From the IMG/VR virus record IMGVR_UViG_3300031718_000014, positions 1 through 56,329 of that record: a stretch of 56,329 nucleotides of DNA; one strand, 5' to 3'. Positions 17,063-27,468 of the stretch are shown here, piece after piece. The position numbers and the translations under genes were made by a program. The notes below the pieces were generated by a model, which saw only the letters and a program-made list of their open reading frames with translations, did no database searches and had not been told where the DNA came from. The stretch's first letter is position 1; the number at the start of each line of letters is the position of its first letter. Source of the stretch: a virus (taxonomy: Duplodnaviria > Caudoviricetes).

Positions 17063-18780
17063 TGCCTGACGCTGCCACAGTCCGAATGCAGACTCCTGAC
17101 GGCAAAGTATGGGATGTGCCACAGGAGAACGTCCAGAAGGCGCTCTCTCGCGGAGCCAAATTGAGTGGCATCAGTGCTGGAGGGGTGCAGCCATGGGAGC
17201 GCCGCGTTGTCTCTGGGATGGGATTGGATGCGGACAAGATTGCTTCTGCTGGAGGTGTAGGTGCTCAGTGGAAGGAAACCGGCAGCGAAGTTCTCTCTGG
17301 CATTGAAGGCATCCCCAGTTGGCTGCTCTCCGTTCTCAAGGACCCTTTGCACGCCGCCGACCCGGTAGCCAACCCTCTGATGACCATGAAGAAGGCCATG
17401 GACGAGGGCGATTACGCCACTGCGGTTGGGGCTTTGTCTTCAGCGGTGATGGGCAAGAAAGCAGTGGAAGCGGAAGTCCCTTCTATTCGCTACCTGTTTA
17501 ACAAGCCGATTCGCTCTGCCGCTCAGTTCGTCAGCGGGGTAGGTAAAGACGCGGTCGCGGACGCGGAAGCCGCTCACGAAGCCAATATGAGCAACTTGCG
17601 TCAAGGCTACTTGGACGACCTTCGCAAAGCCACTGAAGAGCATGGCAAGAAACTGGACGCGGTTAAGAGCAAGAACGTGGACATTGAGTCCGCTAACGAA
17701 GCCGCTCGTGCCGCCTATCAAGACAAAGTGGCGGGGATCAAAAAGACCTATGCGCAAAAAGTGGCAGACTACCTGAAGAAGTCCAAGGAAGCGTCGGTCA
17801 AACAAACCGAAGCCGGAGTGAAGGGCAAGACCTTTGCCGGTCTCCCAGGCGGCGCAGCGGTCCAGCGTCTTTACGAACTGGCGGACACCGCGTCCGATCA
17901 CGTGAAATCGGTGTACCGGCAGACCAAGGCTGCCATGGATGCTCGATGGAACAATCTTCGCCAAATGGTCGGTCCCGATGCCACAGTAAATTGGGAGCCT
18001 ATTCAGAACGCTGTGATCGCGGCGGAAGACAATCTCCTCAAGGGTTCTCAGGACAACATCAAGTTGTTCCGGGAGATTATGGGGAAGGACGTGATCGGTC
18101 GCAGTGTTCCCTATGAGCAAGCTCGTGGTTTCTTCACCGAGTTGGGAGAGAAAATTCAGTCCCAAGTCATTCCGGGCGACGTGTGGAGAGCACTGAATTA
18201 CGTTCGTGACACCATTGACGACGAGATCGGTAAGACCAACAAGGCAGTAAGTCCTCGCGTGCAGTCATACTACGAGAACCTGAAGAAGGATTATTCTCAG
18301 TACATGCAGGACTTCAGGGATCGTGGCAGTCCTCTTCGTAACCTGATGGAAGCGACCAACCCCAAGGACCGCGTGTCCGCGATTACAGGCAAAGAGGGAG
18401 CCAACGCTATAGATTCTTTGGGTAGGTATACGGACAACGGGTCCAACCCGACTGCTTTGGGTCGCGTTCGCAGCCTATTCAGCGATCTTCGGCAACTATC
18501 TTCCAGTGCTCCTGCATCGCCAGAGAAACCAGGTGCTCCCAAGATGCCTTCGGAGCCTATTCCCAAAAAGACAGTGGCCGAACCGAAGTTCACTCCACCG
18601 GAAGAACCTAAGACCACTGCGTTCAGTCCAACGGAAGCCCGGCTTAAAATCCTTCGCAGCCGTGGCACTGGCGGCGTTACTCCTTCCCTGTTCTGGAAGT
18701 ACACACTGCTTCGGGCTCTGATGCGCAAGCTAGGCAGGAACCCTGAAATAGAGAAGTGGCTCTCGCAGAATTCGCAATAA
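17062..18780 (+). CDS. Large putative DNA ejection protein
   Basis: 572-aa helical protein, TAATG-coupled. Confidence 0.65.
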   Translation: MPDAATVRMQTPDGKVWDVPQENVQKALSRGAKLSGISAGGVQPWERRVVSGMGLDADKIASAGGVGAQWKETGSEVLSGIEGIPSWLLSVLKDPLHAADPVANPLMTMKKAMDEGDYATAVGALSSAVMGKKAVEAEVPSIRYLFNKPIRSAAQFVSGVGKDAVADAEAAHEANMSNLRQGYLDDLRKATEEHGKKLDAVKSKNVDIESANEAARAAYQDKVAGIKKTYAQKVADYLKKSKEASVKQTEAGVKGKTFAGLPGGAAVQRLYELADTASDHVKSVYRQTKAAMDARWNNLRQMVGPDATVNWEPIQNAVIAAEDNLLKGSQDNIKLFREIMGKDVIGRSVPYEQARGFFTELGEKIQSQVIPGDVWRALNYVRDTIDDEIGKTNKAVSPRVQSYYENLKKDYSQYMQDFRDRGSPLRNLMEATNPKDRVSAITGKEGANAIDSLGRYTDNGSNPTALGRVRSLFSDLRQLSSSAPASPEKPGAPKMPSEPIPKKTVAEPKFTPPEEPKTTAFSPTEARLKILRSRGTGGVTPSLFWKYTLLRALMRKLGRNPEIEKWLSQNSQ

Positions 18781-18793
18781 GGAGGTACTAGCA

Positions 18794-18955
18794 ATGGCAC
18801 GAATACGATTCGGCGGTGACGGCGTTCACGACGGCGAACCTTCCGCGCAATCTCACGGTGAAGAGATGATGGCACCGGGAGTACGGCCTCACAAGCGTAA
18901 GGGCAAGAGGGGCGGTGGCCGGAAACACTCGCGCAAGGGTGGCAAGCGGTACTAA
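18794..18955 (+). CDS. 53-aa peptide with basic tail ending RKGGKRY
   Basis: TAAGGAGGT SD; not in the ORF track. Confidence 0.7.
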   Translation: MARIRFGGDGVHDGEPSAQSHGEEMMAPGVRPHKRKGKRGGGRKHSRKGGKRY

Positions 18956-18956
18956 G

Positions 18957-19139
18957 ATGGCCAGGAGAAGGAAACGCAGTCTGGTCTCTCAGAAGATCAG
19001 CCGTTTGGTGCGCGAGGAACACGTTCCGCAACGCCAAGCTATAGCTATGAGCCTGTCCATGAACCGTGCTCATCGCTTGCGTCCGGGAGGGGTTTACAAA
19101 CACGTTAGAAAGTCACGAAGAAAAGGGAGGAGGATGTGA
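18957..19139 (+). CDS. 60-aa basic protein (MARRRKR...QAIAMSLS...RRKGRRM)
   Basis: Starts 1 nt after the previous stop. Confidence 0.7.
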   Translation: MARRRKRSLVSQKISRLVREEHVPQRQAIAMSLSMNRAHRLRPGGVYKHVRKSRRKGRRM

Positions 19140-19140
19140 G

Positions 19141-19371
19141 ATGGGAAGAATGACATCTACCAAGGAAGATAAGTTCACCGACCGGCTACGCACTACTTGG
19201 GACTCGGAACTGGAACCAGAGATGGTTACTCCCAACACAGCCGGTTGTGAGGAACAGGAAGGCCGGGAGATCTTCCCTTTGGTTAACAAATTCAATCAGA
19301 CTAACATGCGTGATCGTCCACATCACGGTCGCCGTCGCAGCACATCCGGTCGCGGTGAGGATCAAGACTAG
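19141..19371 (+). CDS. Small hypothetical protein
   Basis: GGAGGAGG SD. Confidence 0.65.
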   Translation: MGRMTSTKEDKFTDRLRTTWDSELEPEMVTPNTAGCEEQEGREIFPLVNKFNQTNMRDRPHHGRRRSTSGRGEDQD

Positions 19372-19393
19372 ACCCGAAGAAAGGAGGTTCCAT

Positions 19394-22300
19394 TTGAAGA
19401 AAACTCTACTCACTGTCCTGTTGTCACTGGCTTTCCTGTTCACATTCTCAGGCAAGTCTCGTGCTCAGGATTTCGTGACATTCGGTCTGACCGCACAAGC
19501 AGCAGCGTGCCCGACTAACCCTGGAAACATATCCACATCCACTTCCGCTGTCACACTAGCTACTGTTAACGCGGGTGGAGCTACATTCACCATCGGGTCC
19601 ACCGCTTTCTCCGGCACTGTGTCGTTCTTCGGGTCCGGTGACGGTGGAACCACTTGGCAGGCTCTCAACGTCACGCCGTCCAATAGCACTACCGCTGTGA
19701 CCACCGCGACAGTGACTGGGCTTTGGCAGGCTAATGTAGCAGCTTACACACATGTTTGCATGGTCGTAACAGCGTTCAGCTCAGGCACTGTGACTGCCAC
19801 TATTCGCAAGTCCACTGTCTCCGCGCGTGCTGGGGGTGGTGGTGGCGGTGGTGGCAGCGGCACAGTTACCAGCGTGGCCACGACAGGCCCGATTACAGGA
19901 GGAACTTTCACCACATCGGGAACCATAGCCTGTGCCACTTGTGTCACGTCGGCAGCTGCACTAACTTCCACCGCTATCGTGACCGGGGCGGGCTTGCAAG
20001 CGGAACAGACCCCCTCTGCCACTTCCACCCTAAGCGCAGCAGGAAACTTAGCCATTGCCGGGTCGGTTTCTACAGGAGGTGCCACAGCGACGTTCGGTAC
20101 TGGTGGCGGGATCTCCATGAATGAAGGGACAGCTGCCACCGGAGCTGCCGGGACCGACATCTGCTATGCGGATTCCACCACTCATTCAGAGAAATGCTCT
20201 TACAACAACGGGACGTTCGGAGTTGTCCCTAATGCAGTCACTGCCCCGGTCACTTTGAGCAATGCCGGGAATATAGGATGTGCCACCTGTGCGACCACGA
20301 CCAACGGGGGAGCGATCAGCGGTACTGCGCCGGTCACCGTCTCCGCAGCCGGAGTGATCGCTTGTGCCATCTGCGCTACCACTACGAACGGCGGCGCAAT
20401 CAGCTTCGACAAGAGCGCCACTGGCCTCATCAACCCGACCGCCGATGCCACGTTCACTTACATCAACACGTCGGTCAGCGGTCTTACTTTGGCAGGCACA
20501 GCTCCGGCATCGTCAGCAGGTGCAGGCACAGCAGCGTCAACTCTGTTCAACGTCAATGCCATCATCGGCGGTGCCAGTACGGGAAGTGCGACCACAGCGG
20601 GAGCGGGATCGGCACCGTCCATAGTGGCAGGAGCAGGCGGGTCGGGTGCAGGTGGGACCAATGCCATCGGTGGTGCAGGCGGGTCTATTGCTCTGACAGC
20701 CGGAGCAGGCGGAGCATCAGGTGGCACAGCCATCAACAGCAACGGCGGTTCCATCAACATGACTGTAGGTTCGGCTGGTACTGGGGGCTCTGGCACTGCG
20801 GGTAAAGCCGGTGTGGTAAGCGTCACTGGACCTACCGCTGGATTCGTTTATCTGACGCAAGGCTCCGCGCCGACCACAGCTAATACCAATATCCCAGCGA
20901 ACACCATCATAGATAACGCTCCTGTATCTGTAACTGCATACTCCATCACCAGGGCAGGAGCGGCTGCTACGGGTCTACCTCACTACGCCAACGCCTCGAA
21001 CGTCATCACCGAGACCATCAGCGCAGTCAACTTGGCTTCTGCGGACGTGACCGGCTTGCTTCCCATTAATGACGTGGGCAGCGCCACCGGAGCTATAGCC
21101 ACCATAGCGGACGGTAACAATCCTCTCACCATCAACTGCGCTTTGACCAGTGGCACCACGTGTCTGACTACCGGAGAGACCACGGCGGCTACTACTGCCG
21201 GGGCAGTGGAGTATCAGATTACCACCCTTACGACTTCGACAGCCATCCCGTTGCAGTTAACTCAAGGTGCTAACGGTCCAGCCAGCGCAAACGCCCCTGC
21301 TTTGTTGAACGTCTCAGCAGCTGCTGCGGGAGGATTGGCCACTGCATCACAAAGCGGTTTCGTAGGCGCACCAATTACTTTTCTAACGGGTGCAGGTTCA
21401 GCAGGCGGAGCGACTACAGGCACAGGCGGCACTGGTGGAGCTTACAACCTGACTACGGGCAACGGCGGCGCAGCAGGCGGGAACACCGCTAACCCTGGCG
21501 GGCAGGGCGGCGCTATCAACGAGACCACCGGCAACGGCATTGTGGGTGCAGCTACAGGAGGAGGAGGAGCGGCAGGAGTCTATCAGTATACTGGTGGGAC
21601 AGGGGGTGCTGGAGGTGCTACGTCCGGGACCGGAGGGGCTGGGGGCGACTTCTTAGTCTCCACTGGAACAGGGGGAGCGGCTACTGCCGGGAGCACTACC
21701 GGGCGAGGTGGAAACGCAACATTCACCCTTGGTTCGGCGGGTGGTACTGGTACAGCAGGTGCTCCTGGTCAAATGAGAATAGCGGCTGGTACTACGGCAG
21801 GAGCCAATACAACACCGTTCATCAATCTGACCGGGACTTGGAATACCACTGGGGTTGTGGATGCAGGGATATTCGAGAACGTCACTAATACTGCGTCGGG
21901 AACAGGTTCACTACTATTGGACCTTCAACTGGCTGGGGCTTCGGAACTCAAATTAGAGAAGACCGGACTCTTAACCGCTGCCAATATCATTCAATCCACC
22001 GTAGGTACACAGGTAGTCTCAGGAGCCGACTATACTAACAGCACCACCACGCCATCCACGGTATTTAGTTGGACTCTCCCTGCCACTGCTGCTGCTAAGA
22101 ATTATCGTTACACCTGCGATATCATGTGGGAGAGCACTAACACCACTCTGACGGGTCCACAGTTCGGAGTGAGTATCTCTGCGGCACCTACGCAACTAAC
22201 TTCCTCTAATTCCGTTCAGAACACCTTGGCTGGAGCCGACATCAACGGGTATATATCAAATACTACAACAGGGCACCAGAATGTGGGTGTCGGCACTGCT

Positions 22301-22456
22301 GCGGGTGTAACTAACACTAATTACTGGGCTAAGATTTGGGGCACTATAGAAGGAGCGCCTGTGGCAGGCAGCACATTCATCATCGACGCCGCTGCTCTCA
22401 GCAACACGACATCGACCTTAAATATAAGACGTGGCAGTGGTTGTACCCTAAATTAG
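19394..22456 (+). CDS. Gly/Thr/Ala-rich tail-fibre-like protein with Sec signal peptide
   Basis: AAGGAGG then TTG; MKKTLLTVLLSLAFLFTFSGKSRA-QD; GTVTSV and Gly-rich repeats. Confidence 0.7.
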   Translation: MKKTLLTVLLSLAFLFTFSGKSRAQDFVTFGLTAQAAACPTNPGNISTSTSAVTLATVNAGGATFTIGSTAFSGTVSFFGSGDGGTTWQALNVTPSNSTTAVTTATVTGLWQANVAAYTHVCMVVTAFSSGTVTATIRKSTVSARAGGGGGGGGSGTVTSVATTGPITGGTFTTSGTIACATCVTSAAALTSTAIVTGAGLQAEQTPSATSTLSAAGNLAIAGSVSTGGATATFGTGGGISMNEGTAATGAAGTDICYADSTTHSEKCSYNNGTFGVVPNAVTAPVTLSNAGNIGCATCATTTNGGAISGTAPVTVSAAGVIACAICATTTNGGAISFDKSATGLINPTADATFTYINTSVSGLTLAGTAPASSAGAGTAASTLFNVNAIIGGASTGSATTAGAGSAPSIVAGAGGSGAGGTNAIGGAGGSIALTAGAGGASGGTAINSNGGSINMTVGSAGTGGSGTAGKAGVVSVTGPTAGFVYLTQGSAPTTANTNIPANTIIDNAPVSVTAYSITRAGAAATGLPHYANASNVITETISAVNLASADVTGLLPINDVGSATGAIATIADGNNPLTINCALTSGTTCLTTGETTAATTAGAVEYQITTLTTSTAIPLQLTQGANGPASANAPALLNVSAAAAGGLATASQSGFVGAPITFLTGAGSAGGATTGTGGTGGAYNLTTGNGGAAGGNTANPGGQGGAINETTGNGIVGAATGGGGAAGVYQYTGGTGGAGGATSGTGGAGGDFLVSTGTGGAATAGSTTGRGGNATFTLGSAGGTGTAGAPGQMRIAAGTTAGANTTPFINLTGTWNTTGVVDAGIFENVTNTASGTGSLLLDLQLAGASELKLEKTGLLTAANIIQSTVGTQVVSGADYTNSTTTPSTVFSWTLPATAAAKNYRYTCDIMWESTNTTLTGPQFGVSISAAPTQLTSSNSVQNTLAGADINGYISNTTTGHQNVGVGTAAGVTNTNYWAKIWGTIEGAPVAGSTFIIDAAALSNTTSTLNIRRGSGCTLN
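20240..20404 (+). repeat. 84-nt-period tandem repeat encoding TAPVTxSxAGxIxCAxCATTTNGGAIS x2
   Basis: Seen in DNA and translation. Confidence 0.85.
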
Positions 22457-22469
22457 TAATAACAACCTA

Positions 22470-24230
22470 ATGAGATATATAAATCTCTCTTTCAAAATAG
22501 CGGTGCAGGCTTTCCTCGTCGCCATCCTGGCAATAGGTGTGATCGCTCAATTTGGAGGGAACTCCGGCTTCGGGGGAAAGGCAGGGATCAGCGGAGTATC
22601 TGCATTGGTAGGGAACTCCGATTGCGTCAACGTGCTTTCCACGGGAGCGCTGGGCAACAATTCCAACGACGATACTGCCGGATTCGCGGCGGCTATAGCC
22701 AAAGCAGACAACAGCCAGACAGGGCCGCTATGTGTTTCAGTTCCATCCACCGGAAGTTTTTACTTAATTAAGACCTCCACGGGACTGGCCTTACCACGTT
22801 ATGTCCGAATCGTCTGTGATCCCGGTACTGTGATTAAATTCCCCAACGCAAGTGGAACCTTGTTCCAGTATGGAACAGCTACCGGAGTGGACACCACTTA
22901 TCTTCCCGGAGGCATAGAGAACTGCGGTTTGTTAGGCAATAATGGCGGATCGGATACCAGTCGCGGCCTTCAGCTATGCTCCAATTCCACGGGACAGCGT
23001 TGTGATAACGGAGTATTCCGCAACGTCGATATCTGCTGTTTTGGAGAGGACATCGTCTTCTCCGGCACCAGTGGAACCACTACTCCTTATATGGATGTTT
23101 TTGAGGATGTGCGTACTCACGGTGCCATCACAGATGGCCTTCTTTCAGAAGCCAGCGGCATAGGCGAGCCCAGCACTTTTAACGACTCTGTATTTTTCCA
23201 GAACGGTATCGGCTCGGCAACCGGGTGCGCGATTAGGGTAGCGGCGTCCTCGACCATAATCCTCAATATTACGAACGGTCACATAGACAACAATAGCCCT
23301 ACCAGCGGACAGATATGCACACCGGCGACAGGCAGTATAGAACTTCACATGACGCGGGATCACGTCGAGAAGTCTAACGGAGCAGCGTCCACCGATCTTT
23401 CTCTCTTGGGTACAGTAGCTAATTCAGCCATCAGTCAGGTCTTCTTGAACGACGTGGATTTCGTGGAGAATCAGGCAGCAGCCACTACTATTCTGCCATC
23501 CATTACCATCGTCAATGGATCGTTGCGCATAGACAACGGGACCTGGACTTACGCAGCCGGAGCATCCCAAACTCCCCTCATCAATGCCGGAAATAGCGTG
23601 ACTGGCCAAAGTCTGTTCGTCACTCTCAGCAATTCCAAGGCAACTTGTTCCAATACTTCGGCTAACTGCCAGTTCATATCCTTCACAGGCACCACCGCCA
23701 ACGATACGTACAACATAGTAGGGACCACCCTTTTAACTTTTACTTCCGCCACCAACATAGGCAGCTTCGGAAGCGCCAGTGGTATATCGGACTTAACGCT
23801 GAACGGCGGGGGAACCAGCCCCAGCGGGTCTTCCACTGCCACGGGAACGCTCGCGGCTAACGGCATGACCTGTTTTATTGCCTGTCAAGTGGCCGAAGTA
23901 AATCTCGGCAGCGGCCATGTTCTTATTTCAGGCACGGCTCCTACAATCACCACTCATTTTAACACCAGCGGCGACTCTATAGTAAGTAACGGCACGGCTT
24001 CTATAACGGTCACCGTGGGCACTGGTACAGGTACAAGTACCGGGGTTATTGGGTTGCCTACGGCAACGGCGGGGTGGAACTGTCACCTGGAAAATCAGAA
24101 TCGCGCCGATCAGATACAGCAGACAGGAAGCTCAACTGCTTCTGCTACTTTCACCAATTTCGGAACCACTTTTGCAGCGACAAATTGGACTAATGGAGAT
24201 ACCCTAAGAGGCTGGTGCTCAGCTAACTAG
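22470..24230 (+). CDS. Pectate-lyase-3-like beta-helix (tailspike-like) protein with signal peptide
   Basis: VNVLSTGALGNNSNDDTAGFAAAI motif; hydrophobic leader ending VIA-Q. Confidence 0.72.
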   Translation: MRYINLSFKIAVQAFLVAILAIGVIAQFGGNSGFGGKAGISGVSALVGNSDCVNVLSTGALGNNSNDDTAGFAAAIAKADNSQTGPLCVSVPSTGSFYLIKTSTGLALPRYVRIVCDPGTVIKFPNASGTLFQYGTATGVDTTYLPGGIENCGLLGNNGGSDTSRGLQLCSNSTGQRCDNGVFRNVDICCFGEDIVFSGTSGTTTPYMDVFEDVRTHGAITDGLLSEASGIGEPSTFNDSVFFQNGIGSATGCAIRVAASSTIILNITNGHIDNNSPTSGQICTPATGSIELHMTRDHVEKSNGAASTDLSLLGTVANSAISQVFLNDVDFVENQAAATTILPSITIVNGSLRIDNGTWTYAAGASQTPLINAGNSVTGQSLFVTLSNSKATCSNTSANCQFISFTGTTANDTYNIVGTTLLTFTSATNIGSFGSASGISDLTLNGGGTSPSGSSTATGTLAANGMTCFIACQVAEVNLGSGHVLISGTAPTITTHFNTSGDSIVSNGTASITVTVGTGTGTSTGVIGLPTATAGWNCHLENQNRADQIQQTGSSTASATFTNFGTTFAATNWTNGDTLRGWCSAN

Positions 24231-24245
24231 TATCTGGATAAGACT

Positions 24246-25052
24246 ATGTGCATCGGAACTACAAAGCGATTACTTCTCGCTCTCGTATTACTGTTCATCG
24301 CGGTTCAGGGGGCTCAGGCCCAATCCTTAGTCAGTCACACAGAAGGATCGAACAAGACTGCCAGCACTCAGAGCACTATAGCGACTAGTTCTACGATGAA
24401 CGTGGCAAGCGGCAACGCTCTGGTGGCCTGTGTGCGGCAAGGCACCAATAATACAGCGCCAAGTTCGGTTGGCGACGGCGGTTCTAACGCTTTTACGCAC
24501 ATAACGGCATCGGACGCTACATTCAATAGCACCAATCTTTTATCCCTTTGGGTTAACCAGAACTCTGTGGCCAATGCCACGGCAACCTTTACGGCGACAT
24601 GGGGCACCGCACAAGCGTTCAATTCAATCCTAGTGCGGCAGTATTCGGGAGTTGCGACCTCGGGCGCAGTCGATGCATCAGGAACGGGAACTGCTGCCGG
24701 TCCGGTTTCAAGCGTAACGTCATCGGCGTTTACAACCACGCAGGCTACTGAATTGATCTCCGTGTGTGCCACTGGCAGTGGCACGACTCTGACATTTAGC
24801 GCAGGCAGCATAGGGGGCACCACAGCGACCAATCTGCTCGCCGATGGAGCGGGCGGCGCTGAAATGACAGGAGAAGAGGACTTGACCGTTTCCAGTATTC
24901 AGACAGCGATCACCGCCGCAATGAGCAATGGCACCAGCGTAACTGGTTGGGAAATATCCGTCGTGACCTTGAAAGCGCACAGCGGCAGTGCTGGCGGTGC
25001 GGGAGCGGGAGGGACAGCTGGCTTTGGAGGGACAGGGGGAGTTGGTGATTAA
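24246..25052 (+). CDS. Ser/Thr-rich beta protein with signal peptide
   Basis: KRLLLALVLLFIAVQGAQA-QS. Confidence 0.7.
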   Translation: MCIGTTKRLLLALVLLFIAVQGAQAQSLVSHTEGSNKTASTQSTIATSSTMNVASGNALVACVRQGTNNTAPSSVGDGGSNAFTHITASDATFNSTNLLSLWVNQNSVANATATFTATWGTAQAFNSILVRQYSGVATSGAVDASGTGTAAGPVSSVTSSAFTTTQATELISVCATGSGTTLTFSAGSIGGTTATNLLADGAGGAEMTGEEDLTVSSIQTAITAAMSNGTSVTGWEISVVTLKAHSGSAGGAGAGGTAGFGGTGGVGD

Positions 25053-26925
25053 ATACTTTCTCTTTATCACCGTCCTCTTTATCGCCGTCATCTTTCTATT
25101 TGCACAACCGATTCAGGCGACCACTTGGTATGTTCGCACCGATGGCGGCACGGCTACGCAATGCACCGGCACGACCAATGCAGCTTATCCAGGCAGTGGG
25201 TCGGCTCAGCCTTGTGCGGTGAATCATCCATTCTGGCTGCTTAATCAATCTACATTCGCTTGGCTGATCTCTGGTGGCGACACGGTTCAGTTTGAAGATG
25301 TCGGGCCGTACTACATGGGTCAAAAGAACTCCACCTCAGGTATCGGCACTGGATGGTCTCCGTTCTGCGGCAGTTTAAGTGGCAGCGGCAATACTTCTTC
25401 CTGTATTTGGGGCAGTTTACCATCGGGCTCAATGGGAGCACCTACTCGTATTCTTGGGTTAGGGGCCGGTAACTGCCATCAAACCGATCCCAATATGCTA
25501 GGACCATCTGCTCTGACAGGAGCATGGTCGGGACACGGTATGCTAAAGAATGCTACACAGCTACTAGGTATCAATGGTGCTTTCGGGGTTATGAACCTAG
25601 AGGGTGCCGCGTGGATTGATGTGGAATGCTTCGATATCTCGCAACCTACGACCTGCACGGCATTTGGAGTTGATTATACACACTGCACGTCTAGCGCAAG
25701 CAACGATTGGGCCAAGTATGGCGTGGACCTTGCCGATGTGACGCATCAAGGACCGATTAACGCAGTTTTGAAGGACATCGCGGTACACGGAATGGAAAAT
25801 GAATGCTTCCACGGCGGTCATCTCAATTCGGCGGGAACCGATACTTTCACGGCGTCCGATATTTATTTATTCGGATGTGGCGGGGCCGGATGGAATTTCG
25901 ACGGAGGCAGTTGCGGAAATTCGTGCGAGAACCTCGGCACAATGAATATAAGCTGGCTGAGAATTGAGTGGGCTGGCTGTGTAGAAGTAAAGCCTAATGG
26001 CGGCTCTATCGGTGGAGCGGGATACACATTGTGTGCCGACGATAATCACGGCGGATATGGAGATGGCTGGGCGCTGATAGCCACCCAAGGAACATTTAAC
26101 GTCAACCATGCAATTTTTCGTTGGAACACGCAAGACGGATTCGATAGCTTGCATACGGGCGACGACCAAGCGCATCTGCCGACAGCGCTGAACATAAGCA
26201 ACTCATGGAGCGAGGGTAACGAAGGGCAAACATTTAAGATGGGCGTGGCAACTGCTGCTTTGGCCTACAACAATGTGTCTATCTCTAATTGCCGTAGGCT
26301 AGGCTCGGCATTCTCGCCTAATCCCACGGGGTACAACACCGATCTAAGCGATTTTTGCCGCGCCTCCGGTGATGAATGGGCGATAGAGCTTCTGAATGGA
26401 AATTCGGTAACTTTAGAGCACAATACTAGTACCGGCTACGGTGCGACGATGTTTGACATTTTTTGTGTTGGTGGTGGAACTTGCACAACTACGACGCAAA
26501 TGACCTTCAAAGACAATCTCTCGATGGGATTTGTGGACCCGAACACCAGCACACTGGCCGCAGGAATCAATTTCGGTACAACTAACCCGTTTGGTAACGC
26601 CGGATCGTCTATAGATCACAACCTGTGGTTCTCTATGAAGAACGGCACTTGTCCGCAGGACGCCACCAATGAAACCAATGCCGTCTGTGCCGATCCGCAC
26701 CTTACATCCGAATCGAACATCGATGCCATCGTTCCCACGCTGCTTTCCACAAGCAATGCGAAATACGCGGGAGTGACCATCGGCGGTCAAACAACGGATT
26801 TCCTGAGTAACTCGTGGAACGCGACTACTCCCAGTATCGGTGCGTATGAATTTGGTTCGCAGATATCCGGGGCTAGCGATGTGATCTCCAATGCAATCTT
26901 CGGCCCGACTATAGTCGTTCACTAA
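25045..26925 (+). CDS. Cys-rich right-handed beta-helix protein with signal peptide
   Basis: GGGGAG then GTG; leader ending IQA-TTWYVRTDG; GGDTV and C-terminal SIGAYEF motifs of secreted beta-helix proteins. Confidence 0.72.
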   Translation: MIKYFLFITVLFIAVIFLFAQPIQATTWYVRTDGGTATQCTGTTNAAYPGSGSAQPCAVNHPFWLLNQSTFAWLISGGDTVQFEDVGPYYMGQKNSTSGIGTGWSPFCGSLSGSGNTSSCIWGSLPSGSMGAPTRILGLGAGNCHQTDPNMLGPSALTGAWSGHGMLKNATQLLGINGAFGVMNLEGAAWIDVECFDISQPTTCTAFGVDYTHCTSSASNDWAKYGVDLADVTHQGPINAVLKDIAVHGMENECFHGGHLNSAGTDTFTASDIYLFGCGGAGWNFDGGSCGNSCENLGTMNISWLRIEWAGCVEVKPNGGSIGGAGYTLCADDNHGGYGDGWALIATQGTFNVNHAIFRWNTQDGFDSLHTGDDQAHLPTALNISNSWSEGNEGQTFKMGVATAALAYNNVSISNCRRLGSAFSPNPTGYNTDLSDFCRASGDEWAIELLNGNSVTLEHNTSTGYGATMFDIFCVGGGTCTTTTQMTFKDNLSMGFVDPNTSTLAAGINFGTTNPFGNAGSSIDHNLWFSMKNGTCPQDATNETNAVCADPHLTSESNIDAIVPTLLSTSNAKYAGVTIGGQTTDFLSNSWNATTPSIGAYEFGSQISGASDVISNAIFGPTIVVH

Positions 26926-26943
26926 GGCAAAAGGAGGAACGGC

Positions 26944-27135
26944 ATGACTGTAAGGGTACACGCAATTTTGCAAGTCCTCGGGGTTCTTATTTCAGCAGGG
27001 ACGCTTCTGCAAAACGGCAGTTACATTCCGGTCAAATACGAACCAATCATTGTGCTGGTTGTGAGCACCTTGCAGGGAATCGTGGGGCTCATAAATCACT
27101 ATTACGCTCCCAGTGGTGTTAAGATCTCTTCGTGA
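26944..27135 (+). CDS. Holin-like small membrane protein
   Basis: 63 aa, two hydrophobic segments, AAGGAGG SD. Confidence 0.55.
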   Translation: MTVRVHAILQVLGVLISAGTLLQNGSYIPVKYEPIIVLVVSTLQGIVGLINHYYAPSGVKISS

Positions 27136-27140
27136 AATGA

Positions 27141-27464
27141 ATGTTCCAAACTGGGCCAGATGCTATCACTTTAACCGGGTTGGGGTCCACAGGGCTACTG
27201 ATCTACCTAGTGGTCAAGGAAGCGCTGACCGTTGGCGGTAAGAAACGGAACGGCAAGAGCAGCGGGGAACTGAGCGCAGAATGGTGGGAGCTTAAGTTCA
27301 CCGAGATTGTAGAAAAACAGATGGAACCGTTGTGCAGGTTACTAGAATCGAACAACGAGAAGTTGGATCGAGTTCTAAAGAATCAGATCGACACCCAATA
27401 TGCTATTGCTCAGTTGGTGATGCAGAAGGGTATAATGCCTAAGCGAATTTCAGAGGAGGAATAG
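27141..27464 (+). CDS. Membrane-anchored helical protein (lysis region)
   Basis: N-terminal hydrophobic helix followed by coiled coil. Confidence 0.6.
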   Translation: MFQTGPDAITLTGLGSTGLLIYLVVKEALTVGGKKRNGKSSGELSAEWWELKFTEIVEKQMEPLCRLLESNNEKLDRVLKNQIDTQYAIAQLVMQKGIMPKRISEEE

Positions 27465-27468
27465 CCAA

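Noticed and set aside
19247-19393. Longer N-terminus for the fibre-like gene
   Set aside because: It overlaps the preceding ORF; AAGGAGG points to TTG 19394, which exposes a signal peptide
19394-26925. Diversity-generating retroelement acting on the fibres
   Set aside because: No reverse transcriptase and no adenine-specific TR/VR pair seen
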